A stretch of 64,000 nt of DNA from the NCBI RefSeq assembly GCF_006345805.1, contig NC_043010.1, positions 68,339,165 through 68,403,164 of the forward strand, given 5' to 3'. The first letter of the stretch is position 1; each line of letters begins with the position of its first letter. The notes below the pieces were generated by a model. It did no database searches. It saw nothing but the letters and a program-made list of their open reading frames with translations, and was not told where the DNA came from. The stretch is from Octopus sinensis. Lineage: Eukaryota. This document shows positions 12,401 to 27,334 of this stretch, in pieces. The translations under genes and the position numbers were made by a program.

Positions 12401-13261
12401 TCACTGCATCCGTGCATACGCATATCCAGACATCCACTGCGTGGGTAAATAATGATACAGGTAGTTGTACGAATATAAATACACAAACGAAATAAAGGTA
12501 CAATTTACAAGCAAAATAAAGACCGTACAGCTCTGAGAGAAAGATAGGACAAGATATATGTATAAGTAACGCAAGGATAATGTCCTAAACGACGGGAATA
12601 CTCCTTTATGACTTAGAAAACTGCTTCTAAGCGTTGGCCGATTTTCTTTTTGAATTCATAGCATAAAATATTCATCTCCTGTATAAAAGACAGTCATAAA
12701 TTATATCAGACCGTAGTGGAAAGCTTAATTTGCCTTTCTCTGCTTTTGATGGTTTATCGTTAATTAAGCAATCGAGATCGAATTTGGAACTGCGTGACTG
12801 CGAAGCGAACTTCTTAAATACTCGCTGACAGAAATATTTCTTGAGACAGCTGAAAATGAGGATCGGTGAGGGGGGAGTAAAAAAAAAAAAAAAGAAAACT
12901 TGCTAAATCTTAGTGAGTTGGGGGTAGATTCCTGGGATGTGAGTATTTGTTTAGGTAAAGATTTGGAGGGGTGGGGCGCGGAATATTAATCCAGTTCTGG
13001 ATTTAAAGACATCAGAAGAGACTGAGAAATGTAGTAGAGACCGCAAGACCTTGGGATTGAAAGCTTTCCAGCAGATGTGAATGACGGGTGTAAAACCCTG
13101 GAAAAACAAACAATAAACACAAACAAACAAACAAGAAGGAATATCACCCCCCCCATGCCAATTATAAAAGAATTTTTAACTTCTAACACAACTAAATTAG
13201 TTTTTGAAAGAACAAGCTTGTAAAGTCTACAAGATTCTTTATTGATTAAATCAACAATTTC

Positions 13262-13446
13262 AAATAACCAATTATTTAAGAATTTTCGAAAATAATTCAG
13301 TCGAGAAAACTACTGTTAAATATTTTGGTTAATTTCTAAAAAAGAAAAAAAAATGAAAGAAAGGAAAGAAAAATATAACTAAAATATTTAACTATAATTT
13401 CTTCCAGTGGATCATTTTCGAAAATTCCTACGTAATTGGTTATTTT
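13262..13446. repeat. Diverged ~70-bp inverted repeat (old MITE-like)
   Basis: aataaccaatta...gaattttcgaaaat...gttaaatatttt at 13262-13330 is the reverse complement of 13377-13446, with mismatches. Confidence 0.65.
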
Positions 13447-13749
13447 CCTTTAGACAAGTTCATATTTCCGAATAACTTACAATGTGGTATATCACTCTAG
13501 GATGTTTGTCATAAAACATTTTCTTAACGTATATTTTTTTTTATTGTTTTTCCCCACCAAAAAAATGTTGTTGTTATTTTTTTTTATGTTCAGGAAATTT
13601 TGCTCTTAAACTGAACGGCGATTACTTATTTAAACCTGCTTTTTTACGTTTCTTTGAGAAATGTTTGAAACTATACTGCCACGTTACGTTAAGAATGATT
13701 AAGAACTCTTTAAATTGTTTGGTTTTTTTCCCTATTTTCCCAGCATTAA

Positions 13750-14650
13750 ATGTACACACACACACACACGCACATGTGCAAAAACACATATATACATGCA
13801 CAAATACACAAGCATATATATAAATATAGGCATATATATATATATATGTGCGCCTATATATATATATATGTGTGTGTGCCTATATATATATATGTATATA
13901 TTATATATATATATGCCTATATATATATATATGCCTATATATATATATATATGTGTGCTTATATATATATATGCCTATATATATATATATATATAATATA
14001 TATATATATATACTTGCCATTTACGAACCATAAGAACATACATCTGTCTGCACTCAAATTCTCACTTTAAAACACACTCTCACACACCCACATAAATATC
14101 GCAGGAAAATGCAAACACATGTACATACAGACATCAGTATATACGTATATGTATGTGTGTATATATATGTGTATGTATATATTACCTATATACATATGTA
14201 TACACATACATACATGTATATATATATGTATACACATGCATACATGTATATATATATCTATATACACATACATACATACAAGTATATACATGTATATATA
14301 TCTATACACACATACATACATTCAAGTATATATATATATGTACACACATACATACATGTATATATATCTATATACACATACATACAAGTATATATATATA
14401 TATATGTATACACATACATACATGTATATATATCTATATATACATACACATATATATATAAGTATATATATGTATACATATATATATATATGTATACACA
14501 TATACATATATAAATATGTATACACATACATACATGTATATGTATATATGTATACACTTACATACATGTATATGTATATATATATACACATACGTACATG
14601 TATATGTATATATATATATATATATACATACGTATATATATATATATATC

Positions 14651-14682
<32 letters not shown>

Positions 14683-14690
14683 ATGCGTAT
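13750..14690. repeat. Compound (TA)n/(TACA)n microsatellite blocks
   Basis: Direct inspection. Confidence 0.9.
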
Positions 14691-15499
14691 ATGTGTTGTT
14701 ACGGGGGCGGGTGTAGCAATAAACAAACGTGTACAGAATAGAGTTGAACGTGAATATATATTTTCGTAGCTACGAAAGTAAACTGAATGAACAGAAGCAA
14801 TAAACTGGCCACGACGTTCAGGTGTCTTCACTTACACCATAAAATTGGTTTCCCAGATCTATTGTTTCAATCACAATTCCTTGGTTATATTGTTCTTCTT
14901 GGGTCGAAAATTCTTATTCTTACAAAAAAAGCTACTCCCTGAAAATGGAACGCAACATTTCACAGATTTGAGTCAACGGTGAGAAATATGCAGCAGGCAG
15001 TTTAAATGCACGAGTCTCCAATACCGAAGTGATTAAAACGTGTCAGCCGGAGGACACCCAGGGGATCATGACTTGGATGCGGGCCGGCCCTCTTACATTC
15101 TAAGATGATAATGGCCGAAACACTTGGCCAAGTTGTGTTTCTTCTCTGAAGACTTCTTGAGAGTTTCTCATCATCAAAACAAGAACTACACTGGCGAAAA
15201 TAAATTTAAGACCGATGATAAAAGTTCTATTTCTTACAAAATATTTTGTTACTAACACCCACCATACAAATTATTTTTATCTTTTACACCTTATGCAGAA
15301 TTTATTTCTCTTTCGGTGTGAGACAAAAACAGGCACGAAGATGTGTGCACATATGTAATGGGCTTCTCCACAGTTTCCGTCTCCGAAATTCATTCATAAA
15401 ACATAGGTCGACTCGACGCCACAGTAGAAGAAGACACCAAAGATAATGTGATGTGGCAAGCAATCCGACAGCCCACGATTCTGAAGTAGGTTTCGTGAC

Positions 15500-16030
15500 C
15501 ACACAGCCATAGACGAAGCAATGTTTAAAACCTTATATATAGGACTTAACAACGACTTGGCTCTCTTTATTGATAATGGACAAAGATTAAACAAGATCAG
15601 GAAATATTTAATAAGTACTCTTAAAGAACTAGAAGTTAGTATTATTCTAGCCAGAAATTTAAGTCAGTTAAATGTTGAGAGCTTAGCTTAGATTTAGACG
15701 CATCAATAACAGAAAAGAAAAAAAATGAAAATGTATTAGGAAATATTTAATCAGTACTTTTAGAACTGGAAGTTAGTATTACTCTAACCAGAAATTTCCC
15801 CAAGTAAGTTAAATGTTGAGATTTTAGCTTAGATTCAGACACATCTATAACAGAAAATAAAAAAAATACAAACGTAGATCGACAGCGTTTCCAATTACCT
15901 CCATATCATTTTCAAGAACCTACTTGTTGATGATTCTGTTTAACCAAACTCATTCCTGGATGAGCAGACATTTTATCAACAAATTTTGCAGTAGTCATTA
16001 TTGTGCCGCTTAATGCATCATCGTCTACAT
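15500..16030 (+). mobile_element. Degenerate Penelope-like RT fragment with ~140-bp internal tandem duplication
   Basis: IGLNNDLA...RLNKIRKYLISTLKELEVSI..RNLSQLNV...SNYLHIIFKNL...LDEQTF resembles the PLE 'GLYRDDGLA..IRK....NL..VNFLD...SNHP..I.K' region. 15598-15735 repeats at 15738-15875. Confidence 0.5.
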
Positions 16031-16050
16031 AGTACAGTAATGCATATTTC

Positions 16051-16101
<51 letters not shown>

Positions 16102-16496
16102 GTTGTTGTTGTTATTATTATTATGTTAGGGTGTGATTGTGAAGGATATTTGGCAGCAATTCACTCTGTGAAAGCAGATAAGAGATACGGCTCCGAGATA
16201 AGCAGACGTACAACTATAAATATTGTTGAGTTATGTCATTTTCACCATAACTAAAATGCCGAACTGATGTTTTATCGATCTGGCGTGATTTCTTTCCAGA
16301 AAGAGTTAGAGTGCAACAAATAAGTCATATTCTGTTGTGTCTGGAGAAAAGTCATTTTTCTTTTTGTGCCTTATAATTTAACACACTCACCGGTAAAATG
16401 ACTCTCACCAGACAAAACAGAATATGCTTCAACACACGAACTCAAATAAAGAATCTTGCAAACCAAATTCAAAAACGAAAAATAATTCATAGGTAT

Positions 16497-16892
16497 CTCT
16501 TTTACGCTTTTACTTGTTTCAGCCATTTGACTGCGGTCATGCTGGAGCACCGCATTTAGTCGAGCAAATCGACCCCGGGATTTATTCATTGTGAGCCTAG
16601 TACTTATTCTATCGGTCTCGTTTGCCGAACTGCTAAGTGACGGGGACATAAGTACACCAAGCAATGTCAAGCAATGCTAGGGGAACAAACACAGACACAC
16701 ACACACACACATGTATCTATACATATATACGACGGGCTTCTTTCAGTTTCCGTCTACCAAACCCACTCATAAGACTTTGGTCGGCCCGAGGCTATAGTAG
16801 AAGATACCTGCCCAAGGTGCCACGCAGTGGGACTGAATCCGGAACCATGTGGCTGCTAAGCAAGCTACTTATCACACAGCCACTCCTGCACC
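16497..16892 (-). mobile_element. SINE family A
   Basis: Reverse complement of the family A sequence. Confidence 0.88.
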
Positions 16893-17119
16893 TGTGAAGG
16901 ATCTATTAAGAACCGTTATGAGGATCGCAAATTCCCTTTTAAATTCGAAAGAGGAGTATACTATATCTAAAGGAGACTCACACTACATTGTTAGTAAATC
17001 TAAAGGAGACCCACACTAATTGTGAAATCCCACGCCTCGTCTTAAACCAAGACAAAAAGCACATTAACAGAAAAATCATCTAGAGCTACCTAACGAAAAA
17101 AATAATCCCTCCATTTTAT

Positions 17120-17475
17120 CTACACGTGATTCCTTAACGTGTTTTGAGGGTATATACCCCCAGACACTTCTTCCGTAGTGCCCTGTTAAAAGCAACCTTC
17201 ATTACATTTTTCGGTTGGATTCCCAAGCGTGACTGACCAAGAGTATGGATATTTCCGACCATCTCGTTTTTAGTTGGTCCCTAGGTCTTCTACCAGTTGG
17301 TTCGGCTTGAAGAATCCGTCTTGCTATTCTTTTTCCTGTGACGAACTAATCACACGGCCTTAGTACCGGAGTTGCGGACTTCCAATGCAGTGAAATAGCG
17401 GCTCCACTTGGAGTGGATCCTAGATTTCTAAATTATTCACCCTGTCGGGTAACGTCACGCTCTCGGTCGTAAATA
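17120..17475 (-). mobile_element. RTE (Expander/Rex3-like) LINE 3' fragment
   Basis: VTLPDRVNNLEI*DPLQVEPL...QLRY*GRV...RIARRILQAEPTGRRPRDQLKTRW is an RTE C-terminal pattern. Confidence 0.7.
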
Positions 17476-17659
17476 CACACTATCATGAAAATATTCTTTT
17501 TTCTTTTCCTCTATAACTCCAATAGAACACTTGAACTGGATTACTTCGCTAGTTTTAAATTGTTGCCACAGTAGCTGTACTTCACTAACTGGCAACCTGG
17601 ACAAAGCCATATATATATATATTATATATATATATATACACACACAGTGACAGACTTAT

Positions 17660-17945
17660 CGAGAGATAGATGGGTAGAGAGTGTGAGTGATAGATTGATC
17701 GACAGGTAGATGGGTAGAGAGAGTGTGAGTGATGGATTGATCGACAGGTAGATGGGTAGAGAGAGTGTGAGTGATAGATTGATCGACAGGTAGATGGGTA
17801 GAGAGAGTGTGAGTGATGGATTGATCGACAGGTAAATGGGTAGAGAGAGTGTGAGTGATAGATTGATCGTCAGGTAGATGGGTAGAGAGAGTGTGAGTGA
17901 TAGATTGATCGATAGGTAGATGGGCAGAGTGTTAGTGATAGACAG
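17660..17945. repeat. 42-bp minisatellite (about 6-7 units), followed by (GACA)n/(GATA)n to about 18135
   Basis: Unit gagagagtgtgagtgat(a/g)gattgatcgacaggtagatgggta. Confidence 0.92.
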
Positions 17946-17977
17946 ACAGACAGACAGACAGATATATATATATATAT

Positions 17978-18015
<38 letters not shown>

Positions 18016-18016
18016 G

Positions 18017-18079
<63 letters not shown>

Positions 18080-18421
18080 GAGGGAAAATAGGAACATAAA
18101 TGGACAAACAGACAGACAGATAGACAGACAGACAGTTATGTGGGTAGATATGCCTATATATCATATCCTATCTAACCATATATCGTCTTTTTATCTGAAG
18201 ATGGAACAAAATATGCATCAGCAGATCTTAAAAGAAAAAAGAAAGTGCTTCAAATCTAATCTCAGTTTGCAAGAAATAGAAAGTTCCACATTTAGCTTAG
18301 AACTAAAATAGAGCCAAAAACATCAGATTTTTAGAGAAAACGAAGGAGTGGATAGACTGATTGGGAATGCAAAATAAGACGACTATTTCTTTCTTGATTT
18401 AAATGCATGAGTACTTATAAA

Positions 18422-18634
18422 TATTGGTTTCAAATTTTGGTACAGGGCTATTTGGTTACGTCGACCCCCAGTGCTCAACTGGTACTTATTCTATCTACCC
18501 TGAAAGAATAAAAGAACAAAGGCAGTCTCGGAGGAATTTGACCCTCGGAACGTAAAAGGACGGACGGACGGACGGACGAAATACCGCTCAGGATTTTGCC
18601 CGACGTGTTAACGATTCTACCAGATCACCACCTT
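18422..18634 (-). mobile_element. SINE family C, diverged
   Basis: gtcgacccccagtgctcaactggtacttatt...gaaataccgct...ttgcccgacgtgttaacgattct. Confidence 0.75.
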
Positions 18635-18636
18635 GA

Positions 18637-18686
<50 letters not shown>

Positions 18687-18741
18687 TAACAATAATAACA
18701 ATAATAATATAATAATAATAATAATAATAACACAACAAATG

Positions 18742-18783
<42 letters not shown>

Positions 18784-18790
18784 TAATAAC

Positions 18791-18827
<37 letters not shown>

Positions 18828-18853
18828 TATATAATAATACCAACAACAACATG

Positions 18854-18884
<31 letters not shown>

Positions 18885-18980
18885 TAATAATAATAATAAT
18901 AACAACAACAACATATGATAATGATAATAATAATAATAATAATAATACATAATAATAATAATAACAACAACAATGATAAT

Positions 18981-19011
<31 letters not shown>

Positions 19012-19155
19012 TAATAATAATAAATACACAACAACAATGATAATAATAATAATAAATAATAATAATAATAACAATATAATAATAACAACAACAACAATGA
19101 ATAATATAAAATAATAATAATAACACGTATAATAATAATAATAACAACAACATGA

Positions 19156-19186
<31 letters not shown>

Positions 19187-19494
19187 AATAATAATAATAA
19201 CAATAATAATAATAAATATATAAACAATAATAATAATAATAACAACAACAATGATAATAATAATAATATAATATATAATAACAATAATAATAATATAACA
19301 ACAACAACAATGTAATAATAATATAATAATAAAAATAATAACAATATAATAATAATAATAACAACAACAATGATAATAATAATAATAATAATAATAATAT
19401 AACAATAATAATAATCAATAACAACAACAACAATGATCTAATAATAATAATATAAAAAATAATAACATATATAATAATAATAACAACAACAATG

Positions 19495-19528
<34 letters not shown>

Positions 19529-19751
19529 TAATAATAATATAATAATACAACACCAATGAATAATAATAATAATAATAAATAATAATAATAATAACAATAA
19601 TAATAATAATAACAACAACAATATAATATAATAATAATAATATAATACTAATAATAATAATAACAATAATAATAATAATAACAACAAAATGATAATAATA
19701 ATATAATAATAATAATATAATAACATAATAATAATAATAACAACAACAATG

Positions 19752-19785
<34 letters not shown>

Positions 19786-19870
19786 TATAATACATAATAA
19801 TAATACAACAACAACAATGATAATATAATAATAATAATAATAACATAATAATAATAACAACAACAACATG

Positions 19871-19903
<33 letters not shown>

Positions 19904-20495
19904 TAATAATAATATAATAACAACAACAATGATAATAATAATATAATAATAATAATAATAATAACAATAATAATAATAATCACAATAATAATATAATAAT
20001 AATAATACAATAATAATAATAATAAACAACATTATATAATAAATAATAATAATAACAATAATAATAATAATAACAACAACAACAATGATATAATAATAAT
20101 AATAATATAATATAAAAATACAACAATAATAATAAATAATAACAACAACAATGATAATAATAATAATATATAATAACAATAATAATAATAATAACAACAA
20201 CAATGATAATAATAATAATAATATAATAAAATACTAATAACAATAATAATAATAATAACTCAACAATAATATAATAATAATAATATAACTAATATAATAA
20301 TACTAATAATAATAATAATAACACTAATAATAATAATCACAACAATGATAATAATATAATAAGAATAATAATATAATAATAACAATAATAATAATAATAA
20401 CAACAACACAATGAATAATATAATAATAATAATAATAATATAATAATATACTAATAATAATAATAATAACAATAATAATAATAACAACAACAATG

Positions 20496-20538
<43 letters not shown>

Positions 20539-20557
20539 CAACAACAACAATGATAAT

Positions 20558-20588
<31 letters not shown>

Positions 20589-20632
20589 TAATAATAATAA
20601 TAATATATAATAATAATAATAATAATAATAAC

Positions 20633-20664
<32 letters not shown>

Positions 20665-20967
20665 TAATAATAATAACAATCATAATAATAATAATACAAT
20701 AATAATATAATAATAATATAATAACAATAATAAAATATAATAAATAATAATAACAATAATAATAATAATAATAATAATAATATAATAACAATAACAATAA
20801 AATCATAATATAATACTAATAATAATAATAATAATAACAACAACAACAATGATAATAACAATAATAATAATAATAATAATAGTAATAATAATAATAATAA
20901 TGATGATGATGATGATGATAATAATAACAATAACAATAACAATAATAACAATAACAATAACAATAAC

Positions 20968-21017
<50 letters not shown>

Positions 21018-21089
21018 TGATGATAACAATAACAAAAATATAATACAATAACAATAACAATAATAATAATGATGATAATAATAATGATG

Positions 21090-21127
<38 letters not shown>

Positions 21128-21135
21128 TAATAATA
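18637..21135. repeat. 2.5-kb degenerate (AAT)n microsatellite with AAC/GAT variants
   Basis: Direct inspection; it is the source of the poly-L/I/Y ORFs. Confidence 0.97.
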
Positions 21136-21815
21136 AAACCTACGTAAAATACTGTCTATGTAATCTCAAATTTCAAAACAAACACATAATTTTCTTATGG
21201 TTTCTTAAACATTCTCTAGAACAACACTATATACAAAACCAAATATATGGCATCCTAGGCATAACACCAACATGAAGTTCTAACTTGTTGTCTCTTGAGG
21301 TCTCTGGGTGAGACTTGGAGCCAACTTGTACAAATGCAAAGCATAAGTCAAACATAAAATGGTAATAATAACAGAAACCAGGCTAACGTTCTTGAAAACC
21401 TAAATGCAGATTCTGCGATACATTTGACGAAAAATAGACCAATTCGTCTCGAGATGTCCTCTGCTGCCACCAAACGAATAAAAAATTGCCACACTAGGGC
21501 AGGACAATATTTACATTGGAAAATAAATAGACACCACAAAATCAGCACTCCTGCTTACTGGTTTGAACATCATCCTGAACCAGTCGGTGAAGGTAGAAAT
21601 GCAAACTATCCTTTGGTATTTTCCGGTCAACACCGACAGAACGCTCCGAGCTAATCGACCAGACATAGTCATTAAAGACAGGGAAGAAAATACTTGTAGA
21701 CCAATAGATGTAAGTGTTCCCACCGATTAAAATATATCTGTAAAGGAATTTGACAAATTAAGTAAGTATAAGGACCTGGAAACTGAAATACAAAAGATAT
21801 GGCATCTTCGAACTA
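21136..21815 (+). mobile_element. R4/Dong-clade retrotransposon fragments (3' end, then restriction-like endonuclease domain)
   Basis: LRKILSM* plus a 3'UTR ending in aataat; then GQYLHWKI...WFEHHPEPV...ILW..VNTDRTLRANRPDIVIKD...IDVSVP..KEFDKLSKYKDL. Confidence 0.85.
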
Positions 21816-21923
21816 TACAAATCAGTCAAGTTAGCTCGGTTCGGGCATATAGCTCCACGTAATATTAACACGCCATTATTTATGGCTTTAAGTACTTTGA
21901 GTTCCATCAATAGAAATATATTA

Positions 21924-22088
21924 TACGAGACGGTGTCGAAAAATCCCTGGCTTTAGGTAAAAGAAGCCGCAGAAGGATCAGTTAATTATGCCCACGGGCA
22001 TATGGCGTAGTGGTTAAGAGCACGGGCTACTGACCCCAAGATTCCGAGTTCGATTCTAGGCAGTGACCTGAATATAATAATAATAATA

Positions 22089-22121
<33 letters not shown>

Positions 22122-22430
22122 CAACATCGAAAAATTCCTTAGGAATGAGAACCCAGGTTCGAAATTTCCTCAATACACCCGATGAAGGCTGGAGGGTATA
22201 TCAGCTGAAACGTTCTGTTAACAACAAACAAGATGAGGACAAATATCCGTCGAATGTAAATAATATAAATATTGTACATAATTCCTCATATCTTAAATAT
22301 AGAACTGTATTAATTATGGTTTTAATTAACATATTCCCCTCTCAGATTGAAACTTATTGCAAATGTCCTTCAGATGGTCTAGGCCTTTCGCGATACCCTT
22401 AAAGCCAAGAAATTTTCAGCATCCCTTCTA
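21924..22430. mobile_element. Old mariner-type MITE interrupted by SINE D
   Basis: Degenerate TIRs tacgagacggtgtcgaaaaatccctggcttta / taaagccaagaaattttcagcatcccttcta with terminal TA. Confidence 0.55.
21991..22309 (+). mobile_element. Full-length SINE family D
   Basis: 9-bp TSD ttaattatg (21982-21990, 22310-22318); A-box TGGCGTAGTGG; HHR core mutated to CCGATGA. Confidence 0.9.
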
Positions 22431-22454
22431 TACATACATACATACTTACATAAG

Positions 22455-22838
22455 TGGTGGCGCAATGGCCCAGTGGTTAGGGCAGCGGACTCGCGGTCGT
22501 AGGATCGCGGTTTCGATTCCCAGACCGGGCGTTGTGAGTGTTTATTGAGCGAAAACACCTAAAGCTCCACGAGGCTCCGGCAGGGGATGGTGGTGATCCC
22601 TGCTGTACTCTTTCACCACAACTTTCTCTCACTCTTACTTCCTGTATCTGTTGTACCTGTATTTCAAAGGGCCGGCCTTGTCACTCTCTGTGTCACGCTG
22701 AATATCCCCGAGAACTACGTTAAGGGCACACGTGTCTGTGGAGTGCTCAGCCACTTACACGTTAATTTCACGAGCAGGCTGTTCCGTTGATCGGATCAAC
22801 CGGAAAACTCGTCGTCGGAACCGACGGAGTGTTTCCCA
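22455..22838 (+). mobile_element. Full-length SINE family B
   Basis: Near-identical to 6594-6977 in the opposite orientation; inserted in a (CATA)n tract. Confidence 0.92.
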
Positions 22839-23160
22839 ACATACATACATACATACATACATACATACATGTTAATACATAGATACATACACACATAGTT
22901 ATACGTGTGTGTATATATATGAATTTCTTTATCATGGGTATAATAAGGGTATGTATACTGCAGATTATACACCCCACACACCCATCCACGATCCACTGAC
23001 TGTACCCCACGACCCTCCAATTCCCATACTTTCTGAAAATCCTCTTCCTTATTCATCAAGATCCTGCGAAATCTTTAATCTTTGCGCAAACCAATGCTTG
23101 ACTCGTTCCGAGAAGCTAATCCCATCATTCTGAATATTATAACCTTGCTGCTGACCTTAC

Positions 23161-23161
23161 T

Positions 23162-23212
<51 letters not shown>

Positions 23213-23407
23213 TCAGCTGGATGTGTAGATGCTGGTGATGCTGTAATAGGTGCTTTTTCACATCGTCCGTTCTTGTTGTTGCTAACGCTGTAGGAATTGT
23301 TTTATCTTATTACAGCGATTAGCAGCCATAATTGAAGTCGATGCCCTTTTATCTTGTAGTAGTAGTAGTAGTAGTAGTAGTAGTAAGAATAGTAGTAGTA
23401 GTAGTAT

Positions 23408-23446
<39 letters not shown>

Positions 23447-23460
23447 TAGTAGTAGTAAGT

Positions 23461-23493
<33 letters not shown>

Positions 23494-23577
23494 AGAGGAG
23501 TAGTAGTAAGAGTAGTAGTAAGAGTAGTAGTAAGAGTAGTAGTAGTAGTAGTAGTAGTAGAGTAGTAGTAGTAAGAA

Positions 23578-23657
<80 letters not shown>

Positions 23658-23755
23658 AGAGTAGTAGTAGTAGTAGTAGTAGTAAGAGTAGTAAGAGTAG
23701 TAAGAGTAGTAGTAGTAGTAGTAGTAATAGTAGTAGTGGTAGTAGCAGCAGCAGC

Positions 23756-23798
<43 letters not shown>
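23161..23798. repeat. (TAG)n microsatellite blocks
   Basis: Direct inspection. Confidence 0.93.
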
Positions 23799-24019
23799 TT
23801 TGATGTAGATTTGAATTAATAATTTCCAAGGTAAAGGTTATTTTAATGGTGGGTTTTATTTACTTATTTTAATTTAATTTATTTTATTTTATTTATTTCG
23901 CTCATTTACAATACATTCCCATATTCTAAACCAATTCCGGTCTTGAATTCCAGAACACGACGACAACATTCCATAGAGTGGGTGGCTAGTTGTGGGAGGA
24001 CAATAATGATCTATGCACA

Positions 24020-24665
<646 letters not shown>

Positions 24666-24954
24666 TTTACGCTTTTGTCTGTCTGTGTGTGTGCGTTTAT
24701 GAAAGGGGATTAAAGAGAATCTACACAATGAAGAATCTAATAAACAGAGAAACGCTCTTTGAAATGAATAGAACAAAGAGAGGGAGAAAAAGAGAGACAG
24801 ACAGACAGACAGAAACAAAGTGAAAGGGAAGGAGGGAGGGAATGTAAACGTAAGGAAAGCGTGAAGCACAAAAGAGCAACAACAATACAAAAAAGCGAAA
24901 TTATCAGCATCATGATAACCACCATTATCATCACCATCATCATCGTACATATTG

Positions 24955-25510
24955 CTTTCAAATTTTGGCACAATGCCAGCAATTTCAGAGAAGCGGGTAA
25001 ATCGATTATATCGATCCCAATTTCTCAAAGGGTACTTATTTTTTTCGATCCCGAAAGAATGAAAGGCAAATTCGACCTCGGCGGAACTCGAACTCAGGGA
25101 ATAAACACTGACGATACACCGCTCAGCATTTTGGTTCTGTCAGCTCTCTGTCTTGTATCCTTTTCTACTCTAGACACAAGGCCCGAAAGAGAGAGCCAGT
25201 CGATTAGATCGACCCCCAGTACGCAACTAGTACTTAATTTATCGACCCCGAAAGGATGAAAGGCAAAGTCGACCTCGGCGGAAACATAATAATAACCCTT
25301 TCTACTATAGGCACAAAGCCTGAAATTGCAGGAGAAGGGTAACTTGGTTACATTGACTCCCAGTTCACAACTGATACTTATTTCATGGACCCCGAAAAGA
25401 GGGAGGGAAAGGTCAACCTCGGCTGAATTTGAACTCAAAACGTAAAAACGGACGAAATGCCTCTAATCATTTTGCCCGGCGTACTAACGATACTGCCAGG
25501 CGATACCATC
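24955..25510 (-). mobile_element. Three tandem copies of SINE family C
   Basis: The core cgaccccgaaaggatgaaaggcaaagtcgacctcggcgga occurs three times. Confidence 0.85.
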
Positions 25511-25544
25511 TATATAATTATAATAACAACATAGATTCCCAAAC

Positions 25545-26330
25545 ATAATTGCAGCAAGTAGTAGTAGTGAGACATGACTATGTTCGCAGAAAGGAAAGCT
25601 GAAAAGAGAGACAGAAAGTTTGTTAGTAGCTGCATAAGATCAAGCATTAATGACTAATCGGATAAAAGCCAAGATAGACAAAAATCAAGTAGATTCCCAA
25701 TGTAGGTTATGCATATCAAAAGAGGAAAGCGTTAATCGTATGTAAGTGAATGTAGCATGCTACAATAGAAAGAATACAAGAAAAGACATGACGACCTAGG
25801 GAGAGTAATCCATTGGGAGCTATGTAGAAAGCTAGGATTTGAACATATTGATAAATAGTACGAGCATAAATCTAGTAAAGTACTAGAAAGTAAGAAAAAT
25901 AAGATTCTGTGGGACTTGAATATTCAGACTGACAGAGTAATAGAAGCTAGAAGGTCTGATTTTGTAGTAGTAGATAAAGAGAATGAAAAGTGCCAGATAA
26001 TTGACTTTACAATCCCAAAGGATGAAAAACTCAATATATGAGGTATAGAAAAATAGCAAATTACCAGGACCTAGCTATTGAATTACACAGACTATGGAAA
26101 GTGCGGGTATCCCAGTAGTTATACGTACATTGAGAATTATACCTAAAGATGAATGGAGGAAATAGGCATAAAACCCAGTTTAGTACGGCTCCAGAAAACA
26201 GTGTTATTAGGGAGAGCTAGGATACTTAAGAGGGTTCTTAATATCTAAGGTTACTTGCTGTAGCCCGATGTTAGTATTATTTTTCTTTTCCAACAGTTTA
26301 ATCTGTTGTGTATATATGAAATATACAATG
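25545..26330 (+). mobile_element. R4/Dong-clade element 3' part (zinc knuckle + RLE + 3'UTR)
   Basis: LKRETESLLVAA*DQAL.T...CRLC..KEESVN...EYKKRHD...IHWELC...ILWDLNIQTDRVIEARRSD...QKTVLLGRARILKRVL, followed by an (AAT)n tail. Confidence 0.9.
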
Positions 26331-26398
<68 letters not shown>

Positions 26399-26405
26399 AA
26401 TAATA

Positions 26406-26810
26406 GGCAGTGACTCTCATGGCTTTTGATCTTAACTGATTGGAAGTGTTATCATGTACATGTTTTGTCTTGGTATAAAAGATGGGCTACAGCAAATATT
26501 CTGCTAAATACCACAGATTTGCTTGTCAGTTGTTTGACTTTAACCAGATGAGCACGTCCCTTAGTGGCTGACGATATGTGTATCTCTGATCACGAGCAGA
26601 AGAGGGGGAGCTAAGTGTTGAGAGGAATTCCTAGCTATGTGTTGAAAGGAATTCGTTATAGTTTGAATAGTTCACCTCTAGACACATGGCTATTTTGTTT
26701 ATCATCCTTAGACAACACTTATTCAGGGACCTTCTGAGCAGGATGGGCTACTCGACCTGAAGAAAATTCTGACTGGGCCCCACCTGCAAGGTCATGCGCT
26801 GTTTAACTTG
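26406..26810. repeat. Unclassified interspersed repeat family H, copy 1
   Basis: Homologous to 27335-27688 and 27689-28163; abuts (AAT)n. Confidence 0.85.
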
Positions 26811-26814
26811 GGAA

Positions 26815-27018
26815 CAGTATCAGAAGACATCAAGGAGAATATACAGGAAATAGGAATAGATTCCCGATTAGAAATGTTATAAAAGTTTTGCCTCCTTGGC
26901 AAGGCTAGAATTAGATAATTGAAAAGAACGGATAGCATGGTACCGTAGGCTGTAAATAGCAAGCCCGCTACGCAAGCAAGACTGCAGGAGCTACAACAAA
27001 ACCTATGATAAAGAGATC

Positions 27019-27076
<58 letters not shown>

Positions 27077-27190
27077 TAATAATGATAATGATAAACTACT
27101 GTCTGTCTGAGGTCCTTGTTGTGACTTGACAAACAGTACAAATCCCCGGTAGACACAATATCTTCAATCAACAACCTTACGACGTCTATC
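26815..27190 (+). mobile_element. Short R4/Dong 3' end fragments with (AAT)n tails
   Basis: CLLGKARII-type C-terminus and 3'UTR-like segments, each ending at (AAT)n. Confidence 0.55.
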
Positions 27191-27227
<37 letters not shown>

Positions 27228-27259
27228 TAATATTAATAATAATGATAATATTAATAATG

Positions 27260-27292
<33 letters not shown>

Positions 27293-27334
27293 TAATAATA
27301 GTAATAATGATGATGATGATGATGATGATGATAT

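Noticed and set aside
17660-17945. Regular repeats resembling a CRISPR array
   Set aside because: Pure tandem units with no unique spacers and no cas genes, in a eukaryotic context.
18588-21060. Poly-L/I/Y ORFs up to 262 aa
   Set aside because: Reverse-strand readings of (AAT)n; open in all frames with no domain content.
21996-22070. tRNA gene-like sequence (also the B, C and G heads)
   Set aside because: Acceptor stems are imperfect and each head is fused to a multi-copy SINE body.
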